DNA of 64,000 bases. It comes from an uncultured Prolixibacteraceae bacterium. Lineage in GTDB: Bacteria; Bacteroidota; Bacteroidia; Bacteroidales; FEN-979. Below are positions 28,623-37,953 of this stretch, piece after piece. The first letter of the stretch is position 1. Every line of letters starts with the position of its first letter. The notes below the pieces were generated by a model. That model saw only the letters and a program-made list of their open reading frames with translations. It did not search any database and was not told where the DNA came from. The stretch lies in assembly GCA_964449285.1 (NCBI GenBank), contig CAYUZX010000003.1, positions 942 to 64,941 of the forward strand, given 5' to 3'. Both the position numbers and the translations under genes were made by a program.

Positions 28623-29558
28623 TTAAAGGGATGGGTTGTTATGAATATCCTTGTTGAACACATTCTTTAGATGCCATCCAATAGCCCGGAGGTAAGCATA
28701 GACAAATCTAAGTTTGAGTTTTAAGAGCAGCACGACAATGTTTTTTGGGATAGCTATACAAAGCTGGTAGATGATTCCAATATAAAAATCCCTTCCATGA
28801 ATGTTTCTTCTCATGAAAACGAGTCGGTTTCGGTTCAGGTAATAGGTCTTCAGTAGACTTAGCTTGCCAGTGGATACGGACTCTTTATGGTAGACTAGTG
28901 AGTTGCTGACATACCAGATTTTGTAGCCGGCTTTTAGAATACGGTAACTCCAGTCGGCCTCTTCATAATAGAGGAAGAAGATATAGGACATCAGACCAAT
29001 CTCTTTGATTACTCGCATCGGGACCATCATGGCAGCGCCATGTGCGTAAGCAGTCTCCCTGTTCTTGTCATATTGTCCTTTGTCTCTTTCGCGAAATCCA
29101 ACCGATGCGTTTCTGACTGTCAGGCGGTTGATCGGGAAAAATCCTGCATATTGAATGATCTCCGGATCGTAAAAGAATCGGATTTTTGGACTTACAGCAC
29201 CGATCTGCGGATTGTTTTCCAGCGTTTCCACTAAAGGCTCAAGGAAATTGGGATCCACGATGGTATCGTTATTGAGCAGGAGGACATATTCTCCCTTTGC
29301 TCGCATGATCCCCTGATTGTTCCCTCCGGCAAATCCCCAGTTTAATTGACTTTCGTATAGGATTACATTTGGGTAAAGCTCTTTGATAATCCCGGGATCA
29401 TCGTTGGGCGATTTATTGTCGACGATAATCACCTCGAAATTGGGGTAAGTAATCTTATGCAACGACTCGATAAAATCACACGTTACCTGTGGGTGATCAT
29501 AGTTCACGGCTACAATCGAAACAAGCGGGTAACGGGCAAGTTTTTTACGGGTCAGCAT
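28623..29558 (-). CDS. Glycosyltransferase family 2 (RfbF-like), paralogue 2 of 3
   Basis: Collinear with its neighbours along the full length (VSIVAVNYDH, IIVDNKSPNDDP, GFAGGNNQG, LLLNNDTIV, YYEEADWSYR). Confidence 0.9.
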   Translation of the reverse strand: MLTRKKLARYPLVSIVAVNYDHPQVTCDFIESLHKITYPNFEVIIVDNKSPNDDPGIIKELYPNVILYESQLNWGFAGGNNQGIMRAKGEYVLLLNNDTIVDPNFLEPLVETLENNPQIGAVSPKIRFFYDPEIIQYAGFFPINRLTVRNASVGFRERDKGQYDKNRETAYAHGAAMMVPMRVIKEIGLMSYIFFLYYEEADWSYRILKAGYKIWYVSNSLVYHKESVSTGKLSLLKTYYLNRNRLVFMRRNIHGRDFYIGIIYQLCIAIPKNIVVLLLKLKLRFVYAYLRAIGWHLKNVFNKDIHNNPSL

Positions 29559-30487
29559 GTTGGGTGCTCGTGTATGAATTTCTGGAAAACGGTCCGGAAC
29601 TGCCAGCCTACAGCTTTTGAGTAGGCCCTGAAAAGGTCAAATTTCCCCTGCAATAAATAAAATGTCATATTTTTTGGGATGGTAACGATAAGCAGGAACA
29701 GGATTGGAATGATCGCCTTGGATCCTCTTACATTTCTACGCATATACAGAATCCGGCTCCGATTCATGTAGTATGTTTTAAACGGACTTTGTGATCCGGT
29801 AGATACCGATTCCATATGATAGATCAGCGAGTTATGCACATAATATATCGTGTAGCCTGCCTGCCTGATGCGATAGCCCCAATCTAGCTCCTCGTAATAG
29901 AGAAAGAAGGCCAATGACATCAGCCCAACCTTTTCTACCATCTCCCTGGATACCATCATAGCTGCACCGTGGGCATATGCCGAAACCTGGTCTTCTTCAT
30001 ATTGACCTTTATCCTCCTCTCCATATCCGAGCCCCTTGCTTCTTACCGTGTAGGGGTTGATATTTGTAAGACCGGCGAACTGGATTAATTGGGGTTTAAA
30101 ATAGAATCGGATCTTCGGACTAACAGCTCCGATAGTGGGATTTGCCTCCATTTTTGCGACCAGTGGCTCTAGAAAACCAGGGGTTACTATGGTATCATTA
30201 TTCAATAACAGGATGTATTTCCCTTTCGACATACAGATGCCAAGGTTGTTTCCTCCTGCAAAACCAAGATTCTCACCGGTTTCAATAAAGGTGATCTCTG
30301 GGAAGCGCTTTTTGATTATGGAAGGATCTTCGTTGGGAGAACCATTGTCAATTATAATCACTTCGAGGTTGGGGTAGCTGATCTTTGTGAGCGACTCCAG
30401 CATCTTACATGTTATTTCTGCATGATCATAATTAATGGATATGACCGAAACCAGGGGTGCACTTGCTTGGCCTTTGAGGATATCCAT
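29552..30487 (-). CDS. Glycosyltransferase family 2 (RfbF-like), paralogue 3 of 3
   Basis: VSVISINYDH, IIIDNGSPNEDP, GFAGGNNLG, LLLNNDTIV, YYEELDWGYR. It overlaps paralogue 2 by 7 nt. Confidence 0.9.
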   Translation of the reverse strand: MDILKGQASAPLVSVISINYDHAEITCKMLESLTKISYPNLEVIIIDNGSPNEDPSIIKKRFPEITFIETGENLGFAGGNNLGICMSKGKYILLLNNDTIVTPGFLEPLVAKMEANPTIGAVSPKIRFYFKPQLIQFAGLTNINPYTVRSKGLGYGEEDKGQYEEDQVSAYAHGAAMMVSREMVEKVGLMSLAFFLYYEELDWGYRIRQAGYTIYYVHNSLIYHMESVSTGSQSPFKTYYMNRSRILYMRRNVRGSKAIIPILFLLIVTIPKNMTFYLLQGKFDLFRAYSKAVGWQFRTVFQKFIHEHPTC

Positions 30488-30500
30488 AGGGATGTGTGAT

Positions 30501-31370
30501 TTATTTAATCAGATTATCTTCACGGTCGGCATATCCCTTCTTCTCTGATGAGAAATACTCCCGTATACGTGATGCCTCTTTTATTATCCGTTGCAAAATG
30601 ATGGTAAAGAGGTTCCCTTTATCTTCCAGTGAACGGGTCGTAGCCCACACCCTTGCCCTCATCGTGTTGACAAATTTAAGTTTCCCATATTTTTTCAGGG
30701 CGAATGCCATGGCGCCATCTTCACCCCGTTTGATCCCGGTGTGCCAGCCGATCTCTTTTCCCTCTTTCAGCCTGAATCCGAAACTGCTGCCGCCTACACT
30801 TAATTCAGGTCGTTTAAACGATTTCATGTACTGAGAGATATCTCTGAACACTTCGAAAACCATGAGCCCAAACCGTCCCCGTTTACCATCAGGAAGATAG
30901 TTGTCCATGCTGTAAACGCCGGAAATCTATTTCTTCGCTAAGTGCCGGACCATCTCATCTGCCCAGTAAGGGGGATAGAGGGTGTCAGCATCGCCATTCA
31001 AGAGGTACTTTCCTTTGGCAATATCCATAATGGCCTGACGGGCAAAACCAGCTCCCTGTTTCGGTTGTAATACAGAGATTACACCAACTTTATCCAATAA
31101 CTCTTGGGTGTGGTCCTTCGAATTGTTGTTAGAGATGATAATCTCTATAGGATACTTCGACTTCTGGGAAGCCAGGGAAGAGACACAGCTGAGGATTCTT
31201 TCCTGTTCGTTGTATGCAATGATGCCAATAGAGATGACCGGTTGATCCGGTTTTTTATCCTTCAGATTTTCCCTGATTTGCTGAATAAACTCTTCCGGAA
31301 GTTCATGGATATTTTCAATCGGATGATTGTGTTTTTTTACCCATGAAGGCACGCGAAAGGCAATAAACAT
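30501..31370 (-). pseudogene. Glycosyltransferase family 2 gene interrupted by one in-frame TAG (30927-30929)
   Basis: ORFs 30927..31370 (GT-A N-half: IGIIAYNE, NNNSKD, NGDADT) and 30501..30908 (C-half) are in the same frame. Read-through gives ...HLAKK*ISGVYSMDNYLPDG. Confidence 0.7.
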
Positions 31371-31403
31371 AGGTCAAAGATTTTGTTGACGGTTGTCGGA
31401 AAA

Positions 31404-31411
31404 CAAAGATA
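31404..31411 (-). promoter_or_regulatory. -7 box TATCTTTG (minus strand) upstream of the interrupted GT2 gene
   Basis: An exact TAnnTTTG match 33 nt upstream of the start at 31370. Confidence 0.35.
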
Positions 31412-31417
31412 TTAATA

Positions 31418-31425
31418 TATATTTG
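31418..31425 (+). promoter_or_regulatory. -7 box TATATTTG upstream of the WbqC-family gene
   Basis: An exact TAnnTTTG match 25 nt upstream of the ATG at 31451. It lies back-to-back with the minus-strand box 6 nt away. Confidence 0.4.
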
Positions 31426-31450
31426 CAAAGATACCTAAAAGAGATAGATT

Positions 31451-32173
31451 ATGAACACAGTCATCAGCCAACCCAGGTATATCCCCGCTCTTAACTATAT
31501 TGCCCGGCTTTGTTATACAGATCTTTTTGTCGTATTTGATACTGTACAGCGCCAGCCGAGGGAGCCCCACAATCGGAACCGGCTTTTATGTAATGGTGAG
31601 CCAAAATGGGTGACAATTCCTATCAATGCTTCAAGTCGCGCAATTATCGATGAAATGAAAGTTGCAGGAATAGAGTGGATACAACAGCATAAAGATACGA
31701 TCCGGAATTACTACCTGCATGCCCCCTATTTTGATATGACACTGATGGATTCCTATTACGAAGGGGTCGAAGATACATTGATCTCCAGTGATTATGATTT
31801 TACTACTGCGATGCTTCAAACATATTCAAACATAGGGAATCTGTTTGGCTTTGAACCTAAGGTGATCAGGGCTTCTGAAATCAACAATGAAGAGATCGAC
31901 CAGCACTATGGTCCCGATAAATTGATGGCCATTTGCAGGAAGATAGAAGCTGATCTATATATATCCGGGCCAGTAGGCAGGGAATATGGCGTATTTGAAG
32001 CATTTAAAGGATCTGGAGTGGATGTATTGATTCATGAATACACCCATCCGGTATATGAACAGGTCAATACCTCTGCGTTCGTACCATATATGGGCTTTTT
32101 CGATGCTCTGTTCAACATGGGTCGAGATAACCTGACAGAGATCATTCATGATCCCTTGAATCTTGTAAAATAA
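31451..32173 (+). CDS. WbqC family protein
   Basis: The N-terminus ISQPRYIPALNYIARLCYTDLFVVFDTVQ resembles the WbqC-like family signature (ISQP...P...Y......D.F...D.VQ). Confidence 0.65.
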   Translation: MNTVISQPRYIPALNYIARLCYTDLFVVFDTVQRQPREPHNRNRLLCNGEPKWVTIPINASSRAIIDEMKVAGIEWIQQHKDTIRNYYLHAPYFDMTLMDSYYEGVEDTLISSDYDFTTAMLQTYSNIGNLFGFEPKVIRASEINNEEIDQHYGPDKLMAICRKIEADLYISGPVGREYGVFEAFKGSGVDVLIHEYTHPVYEQVNTSAFVPYMGFFDALFNMGRDNLTEIIHDPLNLVK

Positions 32174-32263
32174 CATTAGACTCAACACAGATCTAAAAAT
32201 GTCTATATCTTTGATGAGTCAATGAGACTTTAATTTGCATCCTATTCATCAAATTAGTTGATA

Positions 32264-32905
32264 ATGAACAATATATTAGCAGTTGGAGCCCATCCCGACG
32301 ATGTGGAATTCGGATGTGCTGGAACACTTGCCCGACATGTACATGAAGGTGACAATGTCACCATCCTTCATATGAGTGCCAGTGATGCATTGAATCTTGA
32401 AAATGAAGTAGTTCCTGCAAAGGAGATAAGGAGAAAAGAGGCCAGAGATGCGGCCCGTATCCTTGGTTGTGAAGTGATTATAGGTGAGTTTCTGGATCAA
32501 CAGGTTCCCTTTGACCGGGAGTCTATTTTTGCAATCGAACGGGTAATCAAAGCGAAAAATATCAACATCATTTATACTCACTGGAACGGAGATTCGCATC
32601 AGGATCATATCAACACACTGAAAAGTGTCTTTGCAGCAGCCAGGCATGTAGATAAGATCCTGCTATATGAGCAGGTCCCTTTCCCCAGGGTTGGAAAGAT
32701 TTTTTCTGAGGTCAACTACTTTGTTGATATCACGGATTTTTACCACATCAAAGAGAAGGCTTCCCTGGCGCATGAATCACAGGTCGTGGACCGGTATCAG
32801 AATAAGATCATGATGGGGATGAAATCACTGGCAGAGTTCAGAGGCAGCCAGTCGAATTGCAAATATGCGGAAGCCTTCGAATCTGTCAGACAGATAGTGC
32901 GGTAG
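32264..32905 (+). CDS. PIG-L (LmbE) family deacetylase
   Basis: AVGAHPDDVEFGCAGT and HQDH motifs. The track start at 32258 is a TTG; the ATG at 32264 is preferred. Confidence 0.85.
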   Translation: MNNILAVGAHPDDVEFGCAGTLARHVHEGDNVTILHMSASDALNLENEVVPAKEIRRKEARDAARILGCEVIIGEFLDQQVPFDRESIFAIERVIKAKNINIIYTHWNGDSHQDHINTLKSVFAAARHVDKILLYEQVPFPRVGKIFSEVNYFVDITDFYHIKEKASLAHESQVVDRYQNKIMMGMKSLAEFRGSQSNCKYAEAFESVRQIVR

Positions 32906-32913
32906 GTTTTTTC

Positions 32914-33276
32914 TCACCAGGATTTCTCGAAACTGGCTTTATCAAAGTTTATATCTCTTGTCACGAAATAAGAGTCGTGTTTCCTGGAGAGGAGCAATGG
33001 GTCTTTGTTGCCAATTTTTGACAATGCAGCAAGAGGGAACAGGATGAAGTAATATGTTGCTCCTAGAAGGATCTTTGGAATCACATAATTAAGTCCCTTT
33101 GCAAGATTATCCCAAAACCAGGTAATCCATCCGGCAAGGAGAGAGGATAGAATTCCAATTACTCCAACTACAAGTGAAACGATCAGGAACCAGTGAATAT
33201 GGAAGATAAAATATAAGGCAAGAAAACCCATGGCTATCACCAGGGTGGTTTCCAGCTGTTTCTGTCTGTTTTTCAT
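32914..33276 (-). CDS. SxtJ family membrane protein
   Basis: 120 aa with three predicted TM helices. Size, topology and position next to DUF5989 and a carbamoyltransferase match the SxtJ-family context I recall. Confidence 0.6.
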   Translation of the reverse strand: MKNRQKQLETTLVIAMGFLALYFIFHIHWFLIVSLVVGVIGILSSLLAGWITWFWDNLAKGLNYVIPKILLGATYYFILFPLAALSKIGNKDPLLLSRKHDSYFVTRDINFDKASFEKSW

Positions 33277-33285
33277 TTGGTCATG

Positions 33286-33435
33286 TTAAAAGAGTGTATA
33301 AATAAACGGCGCAATGGCGCTGCTGCCTCCAAAAATGATGATGATTCCGAGCAGTAGCAATATAATGACGATGGGAGCCAGCCACCATTTTTTACGCTCT
33401 TTGAAAAAGGCCCATAAATCTTTCAGAAATTCCAT
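33286..33435 (-). CDS. DUF5989 family small membrane protein (49 aa)
   Basis: Below the ORF-track size cutoff. My translation is MEFLKDLWAFFKERKKWWLAPIVIILLLLGIIIIFGGSSAIAPFIYTLF*. ATG at 33433-33435 and TAA at 33286-33288. Confidence 0.7.
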   Translation of the reverse strand: MEFLKDLWAFFKERKKWWLAPIVIILLLLGIIIIFGGSSAIAPFIYTLF

Positions 33436-33437
33436 GG

Positions 33438-34577
33438 TTAGAATATTTGTCTGTTTTGTATATACTTCTCAATGTCATTAGCAACGCGCCGATTGACAAG
33501 CTCATTTGGATGTGTGTCATTGTTGTTGATCACCCGGTCTGCGACAGGCAGATCAAGGATGAGGTTCGATACATCAATATAGTCAACTTGTTTCTGATCC
33601 AGATAACTGGTTATTTTACCGATGTAAAGCTCTTCACTAAAAGGTATATCCTGCATGAAAGGAAATACCAGTACCAGTAACGGGATAGAATCCTTTTGGG
33701 CAAAGTCAATGAATAAGTTTAAATCCTCAAGGTGTTTTGCAAAAACAGCCTCGTTGTTGTATGCCTCTTTCAGGAAAGCGATATAGCTATTGGCATCTCC
33801 ATGAGGAAAGACCCAGTACATGTAATTCAAAAAATAAGAACTCTGGGCTACCTGTTTCACATATGAGGGGACATCTGCATATGCTTCAAACCCGAAAAAC
33901 TGCAACCCGTTAGTCCTGGCAACTCTGTCGATATCATTACCAAAATATTGCAAAATGAGCAAGTCGGGTTTAGTCTCTGAGTCCTTCATAAACTGCAACG
34001 TAACATTGTACTCCTCTTTGGTATCGGCGCCATTTACTCCCAGATTGATGACTTGTATGTCAGGATTCAGGGATGATAAATCAACATCGAGCATATTTGA
34101 AACCCGGCTCTCGATATGCTTCAATCCATGGCCTGCAGTGTATGAATCACCAATAACGTAAACATTTTCCTTTTTGTCTTTTCTTACTTCTTTATCTCTG
34201 AACCCATAACTGTTTATTGGTTTCCAGTATTTAAAAAACCATATTTTTGAACAGAGGGGGATTCCCGCGTGATGGCTTCGTGGTACAAACATGAATATGC
34301 CTTCAAAAATCATGAATAAGACAACCAGAACATAAATGAGTGAAGTGATGTTTTTGGACCAGTTTGGAAGTTTTCGTTTGATCACATAGTCGTTGATGAA
34401 ACGAGTTAACTCGATCACGAAGGCAATGATGAGCAGCATTCGGATGAAGGTCATCATCATGGTAATCAGAAAAAAAGCCGGACTATAGTCGTATGCCACC
34501 CTAGGCAGAAAGAAGATAGTCAGGAAGAGGGTGATGATCAGGATAACCCTGTAAACAATCTTAATTTTACCTTTCAT
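33438..34577 (-). CDS. Membrane-anchored SGNH/GDSL hydrolase family protein
   Basis: N-terminal TM helices. SGNH blocks VIGDSYTAGHG, GVNGADT, FGNDI and NDTHPN. Confidence 0.8.
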   Translation of the reverse strand: MKGKIKIVYRVILIITLFLTIFFLPRVAYDYSPAFFLITMMMTFIRMLLIIAFVIELTRFINDYVIKRKLPNWSKNITSLIYVLVVLFMIFEGIFMFVPRSHHAGIPLCSKIWFFKYWKPINSYGFRDKEVRKDKKENVYVIGDSYTAGHGLKHIESRVSNMLDVDLSSLNPDIQVINLGVNGADTKEEYNVTLQFMKDSETKPDLLILQYFGNDIDRVARTNGLQFFGFEAYADVPSYVKQVAQSSYFLNYMYWVFPHGDANSYIAFLKEAYNNEAVFAKHLEDLNLFIDFAQKDSIPLLVLVFPFMQDIPFSEELYIGKITSYLDQKQVDYIDVSNLILDLPVADRVINNNDTHPNELVNRRVANDIEKYIQNRQIF

Positions 34578-34583
34578 AACCAG

Positions 34584-36449
34584 TTAATCAAGTTTAAATT
34601 TTTCCATCCACTTCTCCTGGTTTTGCCAATCAGGTTGCTCTGTTTTAACGAACAGATAATCGCCTGCAACCAGGTAGTCCATCTCTGTTCTCATGAAGCA
34701 TTTGTATGCATCTTCAGGGGTGCAAACAATAGGCTCACCGCGCACATTGAAGCTGGTATTTACGATCACTCCGTAACCGGTTTTTTCTTTGAACGCGTTG
34801 ATAAGATCCCAGTACCTGGGATTGGTCTCCTTGTGAACGGTCTGGATCCTTGCTGAAAAATCGAGGTGTGTGACTGACTGGATATCACTACGGATGTAGT
34901 AAAGCTTTTCCCAGAGTGGTAAGTCATGGTAATTTGGAGGAACTTCTTTTCGCCTCTCTTTCTGTACGTCGGCAATCAGGAGCATATAAGGGGAAGCGGC
35001 GGTAAGATCGAAGAAGTCGTTAGTACTTTCGATAAGTACTGACGGGGCGAAGGGTCGGAATCCTTCCCTGTATTTGATCTTTAAATTGAGTTTCTTCTGC
35101 ATTTCGATATTCCTGGCATCTCCAAGTATGCTGCGGTTTCCGAGTGCGCGTGGACCAAACTCCATTCTGCCTTGGAACCAACCTACAACATTCCCTTCAG
35201 CCAGTAAATCGGCGGTATGCATAGCAAGACCAGGGAAACGATCGTATTTGTGAAAAGGAGCTTTGAACTTCTTGCCCATCAGTTCGATCTCCTTATCCGA
35301 AAAGTCCGGTCCAAGGTAGGCTCCCTGCATGGAATCCATACCAGGTGTCACTTCACGGTCCTGATCAAAATAGAGATAATTGACAGCCAACGCAGCCCCC
35401 AGAGCCCCACCTGCATCACCGGCAGCAGGCTGGATAAAGATCTCTTTGAACATACCTGATTTCAGCAGTTTCCCATTGGCAACGCAGTTGAGGGCGACAC
35501 CTCCGGCCATACAGAGGTAATCGGAATCGGCCAGTCGCTTAGCCTCGGCTGCCATCGCCATCACAATCTCTTCTGTTACATGCTGAATGGCAAAAGCCAT
35601 ATCGCAATGCTGCTGTTCAAGTTTTGATTCCGGTTTCCGACAAGGGAGTTCGAATAGTTTCTCCCATCTCTTTTCATCTACCATTTTTAATCCGGTAGCG
35701 TACTTGAAGTATTTCTGATTCAGCCAGATAGATCCGTCGTCTTTGATGTCAACCAGGTTCTCTTTGATGAGGCTGATGTACTTTTTAGTGCGGTCAGAAT
35801 CGGGGTTTCCATAAGGTGCAAGACCCATCAATTTATACTCGCCGGAGTTGACGGTAAACCCGGTATAGTAAGTGAATGCTGAATAGAGCAACCCAACGGA
35901 GTGTGGGAACCTCATCTCTTTCATCAACGTGATATTAGCTCCGTTGCCTTTGCAAATTGATGCGGTTGCCCATTCCCCAACGCCATCAATCGTAAGAATT
36001 GCTGCAGATTCGAAAGGGGAGGGGTAAAAAGCGCTTGCTGCATGTGACATGTGATGCTCGGGGAAGAGAAGTTTTAACTGCTTCTTGTCAAAGGCCTGTA
36101 CATCCTGAAGTGCTTCATAGATGATCTTTTTCAGAAATATCTTCTCTTTGATCCAAACAGGAATGGCTGCCAGAAAGGAGACCAGGCCACGGGGCGCAAA
36201 GGCATAGTAGGTTTCCAACAACCGTTCAAATTTCAGTAATGGTTTATCATAGAAGACAACGGCATCCAGTTCGTCAATCGTAAAACCTGTAAATTCAAGG
36301 CAATACTGGATCGCTTTTAGAGGGAAATCGGGTGTATGTTTTTTGCGTGTAAACCGTTCTTCCTGTGCTGCTGCCAGTATCTTGCCATCTTCAACGATAG
36401 CAGCTGCAGAGTCGTGATAAAAGGCCGATATACCCAAAATCTTTGTCAT
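34584..36449 (-). CDS. Carbamoyltransferase (NodU/CmcH family)
   Basis: MTKILGISAFYHDSAAAIVEDGKILAAAQEERFTRKKH plus a C-terminal YrdC-like/carbamoyltransferase domain (TSFNVRGEPIV). Confidence 0.92.
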   Translation of the reverse strand: MTKILGISAFYHDSAAAIVEDGKILAAAQEERFTRKKHTPDFPLKAIQYCLEFTGFTIDELDAVVFYDKPLLKFERLLETYYAFAPRGLVSFLAAIPVWIKEKIFLKKIIYEALQDVQAFDKKQLKLLFPEHHMSHAASAFYPSPFESAAILTIDGVGEWATASICKGNGANITLMKEMRFPHSVGLLYSAFTYYTGFTVNSGEYKLMGLAPYGNPDSDRTKKYISLIKENLVDIKDDGSIWLNQKYFKYATGLKMVDEKRWEKLFELPCRKPESKLEQQHCDMAFAIQHVTEEIVMAMAAEAKRLADSDYLCMAGGVALNCVANGKLLKSGMFKEIFIQPAAGDAGGALGAALAVNYLYFDQDREVTPGMDSMQGAYLGPDFSDKEIELMGKKFKAPFHKYDRFPGLAMHTADLLAEGNVVGWFQGRMEFGPRALGNRSILGDARNIEMQKKLNLKIKYREGFRPFAPSVLIESTNDFFDLTAASPYMLLIADVQKERRKEVPPNYHDLPLWEKLYYIRSDIQSVTHLDFSARIQTVHKETNPRYWDLINAFKEKTGYGVIVNTSFNVRGEPIVCTPEDAYKCFMRTEMDYLVAGDYLFVKTEQPDWQNQEKWMEKFKLD

Positions 36450-36459
36450 ATTTGATGAA

Positions 36460-37941
36460 TTAGGATATACTTGATGTTAGTTTATTGTTTACGTTCGCTT
36501 CCCGGATTTCCGCATCAAATTGCGGCCCCATGAAGGCGAATGCCATGCTTGAATAGATCAGTAAACCAGTAGGCATCTGACCGAATACTCCATTCCCATA
36601 GCTGGATATCATAATGCCGAAGATCCCGCTTAAGACCGCAAGTGTCTTCCCCTGCAAGGCTGGATCTCGTATTCGAAACATGGAGATATAAGCTCCTTTA
36701 ATCAGGATCAGAGCAACAAGAGTAAGATGAAGGGTCAGCCCCACAACTCCCTGTTCGGCCCAAATTTCCACATACCAGCTGTCTGTTGCAATGTTTGATA
36801 AAAATGCATTCGGGGCAAACCGGATAGCTTTCTTTCCGGCATTACCGATCCCTCCTCCAAAAGGCCTTGTAGCCAAATATGGGCGAAGCTTAGCCCTGTT
36901 CTCAAGACGGATTACCAACGAAGCATTCTTGGGGTCAAAGGCTGTCCGCATACGGTTGATAAAATAAATCCCCTGGCCGATATATGTATATCTGAAAAAA
37001 GAAAAAACAAGAACCCCACTGATGATACCCAACATGAAGAGTTTGTAGTTCCTGGTGGTTGCCAGGTAGAAGGCACCTGCTCCTGCCAGAACACCCCAAA
37101 CACCGCGGGTTCCTGAAAGGATCATGCCCCAGAAACAAAGTACTGTAGTAATACCAAATAATACCCTCTCCTTGTTACTTTTCGTTGTGATAAAAATGAT
37201 TCCGGCAACCATAGACATATGGGCCTGGCTGGCGCCAAACTGACCTGCATCACTGAAAAAGGAGAATGCCCGAAGTTGGCCGAACAGGACGTGGGTGGTA
37301 TATCCGATCACGTTGAGCCAGTATTGTTCATATGGGTCTAACCCAATATAGATCTGAACCATAGCCTTTAATGCGCCTGCGATCTCAAAGAAGGCCCACA
37401 TATAAAGGAACGTTTTGAAGTACTTGTATTTATCAAGCAATAGAAACACCAGGACCACGGTCATGAGCATATAGAAACTCACACCCCGTGCGCTGTATAA
37501 CCAGGCAGAGCGACTCACAACAATGGGGTTAACAACCTCCAGGAGCCCATAAGCAGCCCATATAACAGCTGCTATAACTACCATGTTGTTGAGTTTGCTC
37601 CAGTCGATTTTTTTATAGAAATAGTGGAAAATAAGTGAGATGTATGTCAACGCCAGCAGGCTGTCAACGATCAGCCCCAACGGGGCATCGAGCATATACC
37701 GGTTAAGCCCGAGAACCACAAAATTTGCTATGTATACGGCAAAGAAACTATTTATCGGATTCTCGAAGACCTTTACCAGGAAGAAAAACCCGAAGGGGAG
37801 TACCAGGAGAGCTGCGATGGCAATAATTCCCTGGTCTGCAATAAAGTAACCAATACCTATTAGCGAAACAAAGAGTAGAAAATATACCAACGGACTAGAA
37901 ATCCTGGATGCACCTGTTTTTAAAGTGAATGGATCCTGCAT
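36460..37941 (-). CDS. O-antigen ligase/polymerase (Wzy-like) family membrane protein
   Basis: At least 10 TM helices with a large loop. The start is either the ATG at 37939-37941 or the GTG at 37951-37953 from the track. Confidence 0.7.
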   Translation of the reverse strand: MQDPFTLKTGASRISSPLVYFLLFVSLIGIGYFIADQGIIAIAALLVLPFGFFFLVKVFENPINSFFAVYIANFVVLGLNRYMLDAPLGLIVDSLLALTYISLIFHYFYKKIDWSKLNNMVVIAAVIWAAYGLLEVVNPIVVSRSAWLYSARGVSFYMLMTVVLVFLLLDKYKYFKTFLYMWAFFEIAGALKAMVQIYIGLDPYEQYWLNVIGYTTHVLFGQLRAFSFFSDAGQFGASQAHMSMVAGIIFITTKSNKERVLFGITTVLCFWGMILSGTRGVWGVLAGAGAFYLATTRNYKLFMLGIISGVLVFSFFRYTYIGQGIYFINRMRTAFDPKNASLVIRLENRAKLRPYLATRPFGGGIGNAGKKAIRFAPNAFLSNIATDSWYVEIWAEQGVVGLTLHLTLVALILIKGAYISMFRIRDPALQGKTLAVLSGIFGIMISSYGNGVFGQMPTGLLIYSSMAFAFMGPQFDAEIREANVNNKLTSSIS

Positions 37942-37953
37942 GATATAAGGCAC

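Noticed and set aside
30927-30929. In-frame TAG in the GT2 gene as programmed recoding (pyrrolysine or suppressor read-through).
   Set aside because: There are no pyl genes or suppressor tRNA in the window. TAG is used as an ordinary stop by several neighbouring genes (e.g. at 5506, 42061, 51494, 63610). A pseudogene, a sequencing error or a split gene is more parsimonious.
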